From Eledone cirrhosa (Eukaryota), in contig OZ024748.1 in assembly GCA_964016885.1 (NCBI GenBank), positions 50,096,001 through 50,160,000 on the forward strand: a stretch of 64,000 bases of DNA, written 5' to 3'. Both the position numbers and the translations under genes were made by a program. The notes beneath the pieces are model-generated. The model did no database searches, had not been told where the DNA came from, and worked only from the letters and a program-made list of their open reading frames with translations. Below are positions 31,321 through 45,082 of the stretch, one piece after another (position 1 is the stretch's first letter; each line of letters starts with the position of its first letter).

Positions 31321-32830
31321 ATTTATATATCTATGTAAGTATGTATGTATTGATTGATGAGTGTGTGTTTGTATGTATGTATAAGTGAATATATGTATGC
31401 ATATGTGTGTGTATGTACTATATATATATATATATATATATTAGTATGTATGTATGTTTGTACGTATGTGTATGTATGTATTTATGTATGTGTGTATGTA
31501 TGGATTGATGGATGCATGGATTGATGTATGAGTGTGTTTGCATATGTATATATGTGTGTATGTGTGTTTGTATGTATGCATAAGTGAATATGTGTATGCA
31601 TGTGTGTGTGTTTATGTGTGTGTGTATATATATATATATGTGTTTGTGTGTGTGTTTGTATGTGTATTTGTATGTGTCTCTATCTCTGTATGCGGGCGTA
31701 TATCACAGTATATCACTATCTAACTCTCTATCTGTTGTGATTACATTACTGTTTTGGCTGTGAAACCTTTTTCTATCTGTGTCCACTAACGTCTTCTATA
31801 TCAAGGTCAATACTGCCCAATAGATCTTCCCGTATTTAAGTAAGGATTGGTCTGGGGGTAAATTGGTTCTCATTTCTAGTTTATATCAGGGTCAACAATG
31901 AACAATAGATCTTTCCTTATTTAAGTAAGTAACGATTGGTTTCAAGGGGAATTGGTTCCCATTTCTAGAAGGTCAATATATCACGTAGATGCTCCACAAT
32001 TGGTTCGAGGAGATGGAGGTTGAGATAATAGCCTGTGATATATAAATACAAAGTAAAAGTGTTGTGAGTACATCGAAGAGTTTTCTCTAATGTTTCATTG
32101 TTTCGGTATTGCCATATAGCTATAGCATTGTTACACAAATCGAAGTAAGATATCACAAGTGTATATATATTCGAAGAACGAATTGAAATAGTATACTGCC
32201 TGTATTTAGGTTAGAGTCAGTGCATGTATCCATGTCGCGTGATCTACAAAGAGAAATCGATGAACAAAGAGAGATTAATGAAGTCAGTGTCAGACCTGAT
32301 CAAATGAGTACTGATATTGATATGATGGAACAAATCTATGAAGAAGGTGCCCCATCATGGCCGCAGTCTAATGTCTGAAACCAGAAAAACAAATATGAGA
32401 AACTACGAAGAAAAGCATCTATGTGTATAGATAGGGGAACACTAGCTTATAGAGAGTGAGGAATAATGACCTACGCCATTTTGAAGGTATATAAATAAAT
32501 AACTGAAATATATAGAAAAAAACAGTTTGTTTTAATTAAAAAAAAAAATTATATCAGAACAATTGCAGCCTTCGTTCTCAATAGACTGATGGAGACGTTC
32601 TCGGAAGTTCTTCATGACTCATTTGCATATTGAGCTGTCAGGCCGGCTCAGCTTGAAAATAGAACTAAACCTTTCGTTCCGATAGAGCTGTATACATATA
32701 AGTATGTGAATATTGACGGATCGGAAACTTTAATTCTATTTTCAGGCATGACAGCGCCATATGCAAATGATGCTAATCAGCCCATGTACATGGGCAAAAA
32801 GAAAATATATATATTTTCGCCTGTATAAAT

Positions 32831-32920
32831 TCCAGCAGAAAACGGTGGCGGAAGCATTGTCTTGAGAACGTTGATAAACCAGAAACGTATCGACAGTTAT
32901 CGTTTAATATTTCTGCTGGA
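32831..32920 (+). ncRNA. Type I hammerhead candidate with U3-A8 core (family H)
   Basis: ATTGTC-TTGAGAA-cGTT(gata)AACca-GAAA-cgtaTC-GACAGT, closed by TCCAGCAGAAA/TTTCTGCTGGA (11 bp). Confidence 0.55.
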
Positions 32921-33033
32921 AGATGGCGCTTGCCGTCAGCTTACAAATTTCATAACTAAAGAGCTTTTTAAATTGTCTATTCGTAAACATACCGTATATG
33001 ATTAGATGTAAAAAATTCACACACACACACACA

Positions 33034-33135
<102 letters not shown>

Positions 33136-33400
33136 GATATATATAGATATAAATATACACACATGTATGTATACATTATATATACACACGTACATATATA
33201 TGTTTGTATATATATTATGTATATTCGTATATGTATATTACACACAAGTACATCTGTTGAGAAGTACTCAACTAGTTGTTAAGGGTAAATCTGAAGAGCT
33301 GTAACAATCTACCGAAGATGGTAATCGAAAAGACAAATTACCAATTTAAGTTGATCTCTTAATTTTTCCTTGCCATATTATAAGAGCTGTCAGGAAAGAG

Positions 33401-33700
<300 letters not shown>

Positions 33701-33720
33701 TGTGTGTATATATATATATA

Positions 33721-33764
<44 letters not shown>

Positions 33765-33778
33765 TGTATATATATATA

Positions 33779-33828
<50 letters not shown>

Positions 33829-33898
33829 CACACACATATATATACTGTATATATATATATACACACATATATATATATACAGTATATATATATATGTG

Positions 33899-34021
<123 letters not shown>

Positions 34022-34199
34022 GTGGAGTCAGAGAGATGGAGAGAGAGAGAGACAGAGAGACAGAGAGTATGGCATATATGGACTTTTGGAAGAATACCTA
34101 CGTAGATAGGTAGGTGTACATTTAAGTGAAGGAGTAGGAGGTAATGATGATAATTAGTAAGATATTAAGTGGGGTGTGGGTGAGGGTAGGAGGAATATG

Positions 34200-34239
34200 T
34201 AGTACTAGCAGTAGTAATAGCAATAGCAGCAATAGCAGC

Positions 34240-34277
<38 letters not shown>

Positions 34278-34436
34278 GAGTAGTCGTAGGAGTAGTCGTA
34301 GAAGAAGAAGAAGAAGAAGAAGAAGAAGAAGAAGAAGAAGAAGAAGAAGAAGAAGAAGAAGAAGAAGAAGAAGAAGACGAAGAAAAAGAAGAAGAAGAAG
34401 AAGAAGATCAAGAAGAAGAAGAAGAAGAAGAAGAAG

Positions 34437-34467
<31 letters not shown>

Positions 34468-34468
34468 G
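34200..34468. repeat. Compound trinucleotide tract (AGT/AGC)n-(AGA)n
   Basis: Direct reading. Confidence 0.97.
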
Positions 34469-34569
34469 TAAAATGATGAACCAGAGAGAAAAATGATGAA
34501 AAGAAAACAATATTTAATAAGGATGATGATTGATTTTAGAAACAACTTCTACTTAGGAATTTCAGCATT

Positions 34570-35132
34570 CTTTCACTACCCCCTCCTCCTTCCATCTATA
34601 TCTTTCACTACCCTCCTCCTTACATCTATATCTTTCACTACCCCCTCCCTCTTACATCTATATCTTTCACTACCCCCTTCCCCTTACATCTATATCTTTC
34701 ACTACGCCTCCCTCTTACATCTATATCTTTCTTTCTCTATCTCTCCCCCTTATATCTATATCCTTTCTTTCGCTCCACCTCCCCCCCTTACATCTATGTC
34801 TTTCCCTACCCCCTCCCTCTTACATCTATGTCTTTCTTTCTCAATCTCTTCCCCTTATATCTATATCTTTCTTTCGCTCCACCTCTTCCACTTACATCTA
34901 TGTCTTTCTTTCTCCCCCTCCACCTTACATCTGTCATTCTTTCTCTCATCTTCCCTCTCCCTTACATCTATGTCATTCTTTCTCTACCTCCTCCCCCTCC
35001 TCCTGTTACATCTATGTCTTTCTTTCTCCCCACCCCCACCCCTCCGTTACATCTATATCTTTCTTTCTCCCCCCCCCCCGTTACATCTATATCTTTCTTT
35101 CTCCCCTCCTCCTCTGTTACATCTATGTCTTT
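34570..35132. repeat. Degenerate ~27-40-bp pyrimidine-rich minisatellite
   Basis: Recurring TTACATCTAT(A/G)TCTTTC core followed by C-rich spacers. Confidence 0.9.
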
Positions 35133-35259
35133 CTTCCTGTTCTTCCTTCTTTTTTTTCCCCCCTCTAGCCCAGCGATACAATCTTTTCGGTTCCTCGTTT
35201 TGCCTTGACAAATATTTTGAGTAAGATGACGGCATTGATTATGGTGGTATTGTTGCTCT

Positions 35260-35758
35260 TGATGGTGATGATGATGGTGATGATGGTGATGGTGATGATG
35301 ATGATGGTGATGATGATGATGGTGATGATGATGGTGGTGGTGATGATGGTGGTGGTGGTGGTGACGGCCGTGGTGGTGGTGGTAGTGATGATGGTGGTGG
35401 TGGTGGTGATGGTGGTGGTGATGATGGTGATGGTGGTGGCGATGGTGATGGTGATGGTGGTGGTGATGGTGGTCGTGATGATGGTGGTGATGGTTGGGGA
35501 TGGTGGTGGTGATGGTGGTGGTGGTGATGGTGGTGATGATGGTGGTGGTGGTGATGGCCGTGGTTGTGGTGGTGGTGGTGATGATGGTGATGGTGGTGGT
35601 GATGATGGTGATGGTGGTGGCGATGGTGATGGTGATGGTGGTGGTGATGGTGGTGGTGATGGTGGTGACGGTGATGGCGGTGGTGATGGTGGTGGTGATG
35701 ATGGTGGTGATGGCCGTGGTGGTCGTGGTGGTGGTGATGGTGGTGGTAATGGTGGTGG
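35260..35758. repeat. (GGT/GAT)n trinucleotide tract
   Basis: Direct reading; explains the Pro/Thr-, Gly/Asp- and Met/Val-rich ORFs. Confidence 0.95.
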
Positions 35759-36125
35759 TTTCACTTGGAAAGGAAGGTAAGGGTGGAGAGAGAAGTGCTG
35801 CCCCCCCACCCCTCAGTACATTTGCTGAAAGGTGGGTGAATGTGGCTAGAATGCTTGTGTGAGTGGGCCTACTCTGGTCATGCGCCTGTAGGTGGGTAAA
35901 TTTGAGGGGGAGAGGGTGCCCTTCCAGGGTGCTCTCAAAGCGTCGGGCCGTTCAGGATTGGTGAGGTACCTGAGCAAACCCTGGGTGGTCATCCCTCCTA
36001 TTGGAGAATTTTTCTTGTTACTTTGTTATTGTCATTCATATTTTTTACTCGATTTTTCTGTAAAACCCCACTGTCCCAGTCTCTTGTATTGTCCCCTATA
36101 TGTCGGCCCTTGTGGCCAATAAATG
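35759..36125 (+). mobile_element. 3' end of an L1/Tx1-like LINE
   Basis: Frameshifted FHLERKVRVEREVL...FAERWVNVARM C-terminal-like peptide, a 3' UTR and AATAAA at ~36118; clade assignment is from recall. Confidence 0.45.
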
Positions 36126-36144
36126 AAATCATTATTATAATAAT

Positions 36145-36389
36145 GGATTTGAACTCAGATCGTAAAGGGACGTAACTATGCTGGAAAGCATGGCGTCCGA
36201 CCCTCTACCGATACTGCCAATTCACCGCCATTATTATAATAATTGTTTCTACTTTAGACACAAGGCCAGCAATTACCCCGTGCATTACTGGTACTTTATT
36301 TTATCGACCCCATAAGGATGAAAGGCAAAGTCAACCTCGGCGGGATTTAAACTCAGATCGTAAAGGGATGTAATTATGCTGGAAAGCAT
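36145..36389 (-). mobile_element. Two partial SINE A copies (36145-36229 and 36241-36389)
   Basis: Reverse complement of the SINE A consensus. Confidence 0.9.
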
Positions 36390-36564
36390 ATAATGTTGAT
36401 TATTTAACATTTACTCTCTCAGAACCTCTTAACCTCAGCCATCTTCTTTTCAGACTTTATTTTTCTCCTTCTTCCATTTTTTATTCGCTCTGTATCTCTC
36501 TCATCCCTCCCCTATCTTTCTATGTAAGTATATATATATATATATATATATAGTAATAATAATA

Positions 36565-37018
36565 AAATTGAAGACTAAAATCCAAAGAGGGCTCGATAAG
36601 GAAAATATATATCAAATATATAAGAACCGTAGAGCAAATATTTATTAAAATAACAGATTAAAGTTTAAGCAAAGAATCGCTGCTTTCACCCTTAACGGGA
36701 TCTTCTGAAACTAACAAAGTCAATCTGTAAACGCAGAACTGGATATTTCAAAAAACGTTGCAACCGGAGGAAGACAGGTTTTGTCTTTGCGCGTAATTGT
36801 TTTTCACCGCTCCTATTAATGACGTATTATTCGTTTTTTCCCGTTTTTTGCCAGCGAACGTTACCACGAACCAAAGTATCGTCTTCCTGTATTCCTCCGG
36901 TTGCAACGTTTTTTGAAATATCCAGTTCTGCGTTTACAGATTGACTTTGTTAGTTTCAGAAGATCCCGTTAAGGGTGAAAGCAGCGATTCTTTGCTTAAA
37001 CTTTAATCTGTTATTTTA

Positions 37019-37026
<8 letters not shown>
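36565..37026. mobile_element. Family C fold-back element: ~140-bp inverted arms (36638-36778 / 36886-37026) plus a ~73-bp one-sided tail, in (TA)n
   Basis: Arms are reverse complements with about 1 mismatch; the tail matches 5127-5200 and 44525-44600. Confidence 0.9.
36936..37011 (+). ncRNA. Type I hammerhead-like fold with variant core CAGAAGA (mirror copy at 36653-36728, minus strand)
   Basis: ACAGATTGA-ctttgtt-AGTTT-CAGAAGA-tCCC(gttaa)GGGt-GAAA-GCAG(cgattct)TTGC-TT-AAACT-TTAATCTGT. Confidence 0.65.
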
Positions 37027-37058
<32 letters not shown>

Positions 37059-37336
37059 CCGTATTACCATATTACTATATTTATGAGTTTTTCATTTCTT
37101 GTATGTCCTTAACCTATAAGAGGGAGCAGGAAAATTGGATAGGGAAATTGGTATGCTTGCCTATTTGTCTGTCTGTGTATGTCTAATGTGTATTTATGTA
37201 TGTAGGTAGGTAGATAAACTCATATCAGCACAGAGACAGGGCGGTATTGGCTTCGTCTTTAGAATATCCCTGCTTCATCTCATGGAATGTCCTACTGGTG
37301 TAACTGATCACAATTTAAAGCTACGTATTTCTATGA

Positions 37337-37845
<509 letters not shown>

Positions 37846-37919
37846 CCTACATGAAATTGATAGAAATTATATATTAATATTGGTTTCTCATTTAAGCACA
37901 AGGCAAACAATTTTTTGGG

Positions 37920-38047
37920 AGGGCAAAGTTGATTAAATCGACCTCAGAGAATATATTTTATCGATCCCCTAACTATGAAAGGCAAAGCTAATCTTGCAGC
38001 ATTTGAACTCAGATCGTAAAAGGCCATAACTCTGTGCCATAAAGCAT
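37920..38047 (-). mobile_element. Diverged SINE A fragment
   Basis: TTTTATCGATCCC...TGAAAGGCAAAG...TTTGAACTCAGA. Confidence 0.75.
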
Positions 38048-38087
38048 ATATATTAATATTAATATCTTTTTTTATACTTACATTAAA

Positions 38088-38300
38088 TTCTTCTTCTTCT
38101 TCTTCTTCTTCTTCTTCTTCTTCTTCTTCTTCTTCTTCTTCTTCTTCTGTACACTTATTCCTGGGAGTGTTATGGGTACAGAGTCCTCAGACACGCCATC
38201 AAACGTGTTTTGTCAGAAGCAACAGACTCCAATTGATCCTGCTGGATCTATCTTCCTTGGAGCCAACAACCGGGTATCTTGCTGGTAGGTTTTGCCTGGG
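38088..38300 (-). mobile_element. 3' end of an RTE-like LINE with a (GAA)n tail
   Basis: Minus-strand peptide QDQLESVASDKTRL resembles the RTE C-terminal A-x-D-R motif, followed by a short UTR and (GAA)n. Confidence 0.45.
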
Positions 38301-38614
38301 TATACATATGTTTTATATTTACATTCAGAAAGACAAGTATATTTAGAAGAACATCAAAATAGTTCAGATAAAATTATTGTAGGTAGTGCAGGGGAAATTC
38401 GAAATAAAAAGAGAAAATAATTGCAGACTCTAGAGAAATATTCGATATGCACGAGCAGCTTATAAATGAATCAAAATAGACAGGCAACATATACATAAAT
38501 CAAATGATACCTTGTATAAAGTCGATTGGTAGTTGATAGAAAATGAGGGTGTTCAAATTCTTAAATTCAATATGTAATATATTTTCTATCCCTTCCTCTC
38601 TCTCTCTCGCTCGC

Positions 38615-38724
<110 letters not shown>

Positions 38725-39166
38725 TATACAGGGTGTATATACATACACATCCGGGAGAGATGACCCCTTAGGCTTTGTCAAGGCAGAATTCTAGGAGAAG
38801 GAAAACTCTGATATAACACCTGCAACCCTGATGGTATCCAAAGATGTTGACTTGTTCTTCTTTTTGGTAAATATCATCTTGGTTAAGAGAGTGGGACTGG
38901 CTTTGTGCAGTGCCTTTGCTAACTATGAAAGCTTCACGGCACAGGCATTGCTTTATATCTGGAGATCTCTCTGCACTTGTCGTCACATGGTACCATGGGC
39001 CCAGCACCATGTGTCAATAATTGTCACAAGTGTAGTGTTTGTACCAGAGTTTTCAAGTCGCTGGCTGGACTAAAAAGTCACACTCGTTCAGCGCATCGGT
39101 AGGGGTTCTCCTACATGGATATAAAGTAGTGGCCGTACTCGAAAACGAGTTGGCAGCCACCATATA

Positions 39167-39271
39167 CAGGGTGTACCCCCAAATGTGTATACACAAAGTC
39201 TATGCGTTCTAATTGATATTCCCTGTACAGCAAGTAATCAAATGTTGTATACATTTATTGGGTACACCCTG
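39167..39271. mobile_element. ~105-bp Tc1/mariner-like MITE
   Basis: TIRs CAGGGTGTACCC...TGTATACA / TGTATACA...GGGTACACCCTG, with TA on the left; related copy at 42945-43018. Confidence 0.75.
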
Positions 39272-39275
39272 TGCG

Positions 39276-39354
<79 letters not shown>

Positions 39355-39701
39355 TAGTGTGTGTGTGTGTGAGTTTTTGTGTGTATGTGTGTGTATTCTT
39401 ACCCACCCATGCACACACACACACACACACATACATATAAATACATGCATCCAATTGTTACTACATTTATTACAAGGCCAGTCATTTGAAATGAGAATAT
39501 CGATTAAATCGACCCCAGTGTGTTATTGATATTTTATTTTATCGTCACGGAGGAAATCACGAGGGAAGCCTGATGATTTCTTTTGAATAAAACAGTTCTA
39601 GACCTGTAGAAGCTATTTCTATATTGAACCTGATGTTTACACTCTACTAATATATTGAGTACCTATTTTACTGTGATTAGCCCGGATTGAACCCAAGACT
39701 G

Positions 39702-40080
<379 letters not shown>

Positions 40081-40085
<5 letters not shown>

Positions 40086-40797
40086 AATACATCTACCAAC
40101 ATATGCGTACAGATGTACACTAATACTAGTAAATATATAAGTTATGTCAAAGTACCTAGGTGGTTCAATGCAGGGGGATGCAGAACAATTATATGAAAGA
40201 CGTAAAATAAGAAAATTTTAAAAATTAAAAATTAACTTACTAAAATTTTCACTCCAACTAATTAGTTTCTGTAATGGGATAAATATAGTTACACAATGTA
40301 ACTATCGAGAATTCATTACGTCATCAGGGAGTCTATTCTCAGCTAAGTCCCCAGGCAATGCGCGGACACTAGGAACCCATATAAAAATAATAATTCAGTG
40401 GATGTAATAAGCTAGCGGGGACTAAATTCCATAGCACTGAAAAAGTTCACTGCCTCTGGTCAGTGGTGGATTCTAAAGAATCAATCACGTGACACTGAGG
40501 TTAGTCAGTTAGGAGTGGGGTGGTATTATGACAAGAGCCTACTACTACTACAATGAATTAGCAGTAGATTTGGTAAGTTTGCTCAACAAATAATTTGGAG
40601 ATAAATATAGAGAATTAATACATCTACCAACATATGCGTCTAATACTAGTAAATATATAAGTTATGTCAAAGTACCTAGGTGGTTCAATGCAGGGGGATG
40701 CAGAACAATTATATGAAAGACGTAAAATAAGAAAATTTTAAAAATTAAAAATTAACTTACTTACTAAAATTTGAGTAAGTAAGTTAATTTTTAATTT
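40081..40797 (-). mobile_element. Retrozyme-like element: ~165-bp direct repeats with 531-bp period, an internal hammerhead and a terminal fold-back
   Basis: 40081-40248 matches 40612-40772; HHR at 40251-40332; hairpin 40742-40797. Confidence 0.75.
40251..40332 (-). ncRNA. Type I hammerhead ribozyme with extended stem II
   Basis: Minus strand: ACTCC-CTGATGA-c-GTAATG..ATAGTTAC(attgt)GTAACTAT..CATTAC-a-GAAAC-TAATTA-GTT-GGAGT. Confidence 0.8.
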
Positions 40798-40869
40798 GAA
40801 CTCAGAATGGCAAGGGCCGTAACTCTATGAGTCAATGCATGGCAGCCGACCCTCTACCGATACTGCCAA
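40795..40869 (-). mobile_element. SINE A 5' fragment
   Basis: TTTGAACTCAGAATGGCAAGGGCCGTAAC...CCTCTACCGATACTGCCAA. Confidence 0.85.
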
Positions 40870-41058
40870 ATGATAATTATATATAAGTATGCTTGTGTGA
40901 GTGTGTATGTGTACACACATACACACACACACATATATATATAAAGGAGCGCACAAGACAGAGACGGTGGAAGAAACACAGACACCTCTTTTTCCTCAGT
41001 CCCTTAAAGTACTATCTATCTCTCTCTCTATCTATCTATCTATAAAGAAAGATCTCTC

Positions 41059-41102
<44 letters not shown>

Positions 41103-41699
41103 TCTCTCTCTCTCTTCTATATATATATATATATATATAGCTGCAGCTGCATACATACACATATGAACATGTGTGTGCGTGAGTATATAAAAGAGACAAA
41201 GAGAATCGGTGTGTGTAGGGATTTATATATATAAAATCTTCTTCTTCTTCTTCTTCTTCTTCTTCTTCTTCTTCTTCTTCTTCTTCTTCTTCTTCTTCTT
41301 CTTCTTCTTCATTTCTTTCTGTCTTTGTTTTTTTTGCATAAAGAAACCTATCATTATATTTGTTTGCTCTCTTCATGCGATCTACTTTTCTCATTTATCA
41401 ATGTCACAGCTGCTATTGATAAACCTTAATCCACCAGATATATATTATAAGACTAAATTGGACCAACCACAGCTAAACCGAAAACACCATTGTTTCTTTC
41501 AGCCAATTGTGACATTCTTCAATGTTGTTTCAGTTAAAATATTTCGTCATTCATTGCTATTATCAAACTATTGTATTACGTTGCATTAACACTTTCCAAT
41601 GAACCAACTCTCACCTTAATGTCTTAAACTGAAAGGCATCACGAACAATGCGGTCTTACACTCCGATCACCGCATACACAGTTAGTTATACAGATATAT

Positions 41700-41885
41700 A
41701 TGAGAGCATGTAGTTTCGGTGTTAGGTCGTAAGGTAACATCGTGAGTCCTTGAGCAAGCCACTTCATTTCCCGCTGAATCTTCTTGATAGAAATGCTCAG
41801 CTATTCGCATATTTGTTTTACAAGCGGGCGGTTTCGTTGATCAAGTCAACTGGAATACCTGGTTGGAGAAAGCTTATATGCATGT
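41700..41885 (+). mobile_element. Diverged SINE B fragment
   Basis: GTCCTTGAGCAAGCCACTTCATTTC CORE-like block. Confidence 0.55.
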
Positions 41886-41919
41886 ATGAGTGTATGTACG
41901 ATATATCTATTTATCTATC

Positions 41920-42103
<184 letters not shown>

Positions 42104-42270
42104 GAAAAGTATAGAAATTATTGTGAGCAAGAAGCCAACAGTATTCCATAATATATAAGTGACTATAACGTCAAAATGGAAAAATAGTTAACATAAGATG
42201 TGGGAAAATAATTCAAACTCAATTCAATATATTGAGAGAGAGTGGGAGAGAGAGGAGAGAGAGAGTGGGA

Positions 42271-42351
<81 letters not shown>

Positions 42352-42376
42352 AAAAGAATCGAAGTCAGTGTTGCAG

Positions 42377-42489
42377 CATATGTACAAACGATATTTGTCC
42401 GTTAAAATTGTTTCGATATCGATCAGCTTAGGGTACAGTACAATGAAGGTAACGGGGCCCGAAAGTTTTTCGTCATCTCGTCAGATATG
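42377..42489 (-). ncRNA. Hammerhead candidate with large stem II and III insertions
   Basis: Minus strand: CATAT-CTGACGA-GAT...ATC-GAAA-CAA...TTG-TA-c-ATATG; one extra nt after the cleavage site. Confidence 0.4.
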
Positions 42490-42787
42490 TGAGTTTAATG
42501 TACAAATACACGTCGAGAGTGCGAAAACGATATAGTTATGAATGGAAAACTTATGATCATAAATCTGTCACAATCATGTTTGAGCGGGTGATAAACAACA
42601 AACTCCATTGTGTATCGTTAGGTCTTACTTGCATGAAATCAAGTCTTTCTTAGCTTTTGAATGGTTTTGAATGATTTTCTCAATTCGATTCCAATTCTAT
42701 CAGGTTATTGTCATTATTTGTGATTCAGCAGATCGATGATCTTTACTCGTATAATCGTACAAGTTAGGTGATGGCTCGACCGAAGTC

Positions 42788-42895
<108 letters not shown>

Positions 42896-43086
42896 CTCTC
42901 TCTCTCTTGTATATATATATGTAAAAAAAAAAAAAATATATATACAGTGTCCCCAAAAATGTATACAAATATTTATTAGAAAGTTGTTGGAGTGTGTATA
43001 CATTATTTTGGTACACACTTTCTATATAAATATATATATATATGAATAAAGAAAATATAGATTTATGTATATATATATATGCATAT

Positions 43087-43117
<31 letters not shown>

Positions 43118-43181
43118 GATATATATATATATATCGTATATATCTCTCTCTATATATATATATATCGTATATATCTCTCTC

Positions 43182-43355
<174 letters not shown>

Positions 43356-43356
43356 C

Positions 43357-43399
<43 letters not shown>

Positions 43400-43917
43400 G
43401 TATGTATGTGTGTGTCTGCACACAGACACACACATACACATACACATACATATATGCAAATAAATATGAAAGTTATTGAAAGGAAAAATATAAAAAATAA
43501 ATACACACACACACACACACATATATATACACACACATACATACATACACACACATACATATACACACACAAGAAATTTACCTGACAAGTTCAGAAACTA
43601 ATTTGGAATGCTAATGGTTTAATTTGCGACCTAATGTTTTGGTCATTGACAAGACACAAGCTGCTGCTAGAAATGGTCGATAGGACATTAGTGGAACCAA
43701 CTAATTATCTAGACCCCTTCAAGCCTGCATTTTCTCGCCCCACCTTCACTGCAATCAATAATATTTCAGGCGTTCATTTCTTTCCTAACACTAGAATATT
43801 TTTTAAACGCCATTTTCTACTTACCCTCTAAATAGGTTTTTTTCACTGTTTGGTAACGATTCCAGTTCTAATCAATGCACACCACGCAGCAATGGTTACT
43901 GTATGTGTGTGTGGTAG

Positions 43918-43963
<46 letters not shown>

Positions 43964-44012
43964 ACGTGTATACATACATATATACATAATATATATATAT
44001 ATGTGCATGTAT

Positions 44013-44070
<58 letters not shown>

Positions 44071-44077
44071 TATATAT

Positions 44078-44303
44078 CAAATCTATTTATCTATAAAACT
44101 GTCTATATTGTATTTTGTCTGAGGAAGGCATAGCATATTGTTAATATGATATCCCTGAAATATATATAATGAAATAGATATGGTTTTATAAATATAGTTT
44201 CCATTTATTTAATATCGTAAATATACTCCAAATACTTGTTGAGTGCTTTTATATCAGTTATAAATATTTACTAGTTGTAACCCAACAATTTAAATATAAC
44301 TTT
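44078..44303 (+). mobile_element. Family A-HHR ~225-bp element in (TA)n
   Basis: Homologous to the reverse complement of 45695-45918. Confidence 0.85.
44111..44176 (+). ncRNA. Type I hammerhead ribozyme (family A-HHR)
   Basis: TATTTTGT-CTGAGGA-AGGcATAgCATATT(gtt)AATATGaTATcCCT-GAAA-TATATATA-ATGAAATA. Confidence 0.8.
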
Positions 44304-44356
<53 letters not shown>

Positions 44357-44357
44357 T

Positions 44358-44600
44358 TATTTATTAAACTAACAGATTAAAGTTTAAGCAAAGAATCGCT
44401 GCTTTCACCCTTAACGGGATCTTCTGAAACTAACGAAGTCAATCTGTTAATTTCAGAAGATCCCCTTAAGGGTGAAAGCAGCGATTCTTTGCTTAAACTT
44501 TAATCTGTTATTTTAATAAATATTTGCTCTACGGTTCTTATATATTTGATATATATTTATCCTTATCGAGCCCTCTTGGGATTTTAGTCTTCAAATTTAT
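44358..44600. mobile_element. Family C fold-back element with tail
   Basis: Inverted arms meet at ~44447; HHR-like fold on the minus strand at 44372-44447 and on the plus strand from ~44450. Confidence 0.88.
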
Positions 44601-44622
44601 TATTATTATTATTGCTTGACAT

Positions 44623-44706
44623 GGCCTTTCATCCTTACAGGGTCGACAAAATAAAGTACCAGTAATGCACTGGGTAATTGCTGGCCTTGTGCCAAAAGTA
44701 GAAACA

Positions 44707-44710
<4 letters not shown>
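44623..44710 (+). mobile_element. SINE A 3' fragment with (ATT)n tail
   Basis: GCCTTTCATCCTTACAGGGTCGAC...GTAGAAACAATT(ATT)n. Confidence 0.88.
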
Positions 44711-44754
<44 letters not shown>

Positions 44755-44998
44755 ATATATATATATAGATAGATAGAAGGAGAAGAAACACGATGAAGTT
44801 TCGTTTACATGTATCTATTTTTTTATTGTTACGCTCGTTTCGCAGATGATTGGCTCGAGGTTATCATGGAGTCGGGTGTATAGATCATGTGCGAAACGCG
44901 CGTAACAGGGCGATACACAATAAAAACATAAATACATGGAAACTAAACATTCTCGTTTTCCTTACTGCCTGTGCACCGAGTTCTCATATTGCTACCTA

Positions 44999-45076
<78 letters not shown>

Positions 45077-45082
<6 letters not shown>

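Noticed and set aside
34144-34476. Protamine-like Ser/Arg-rich ORF
   Set aside because: Pure (AGT)n/(AGA)n microsatellite
34570-35132. CRISPR-like repeat-spacer appearance
   Set aside because: Spacers are low-complexity and related to each other, context is eukaryotic, and there are no cas genes
35165-35862. Extensin-like Pro-rich and Gly/Asp-rich ORFs
   Set aside because: (GGT/GAT)n trinucleotide tract, open in several frames on both strands
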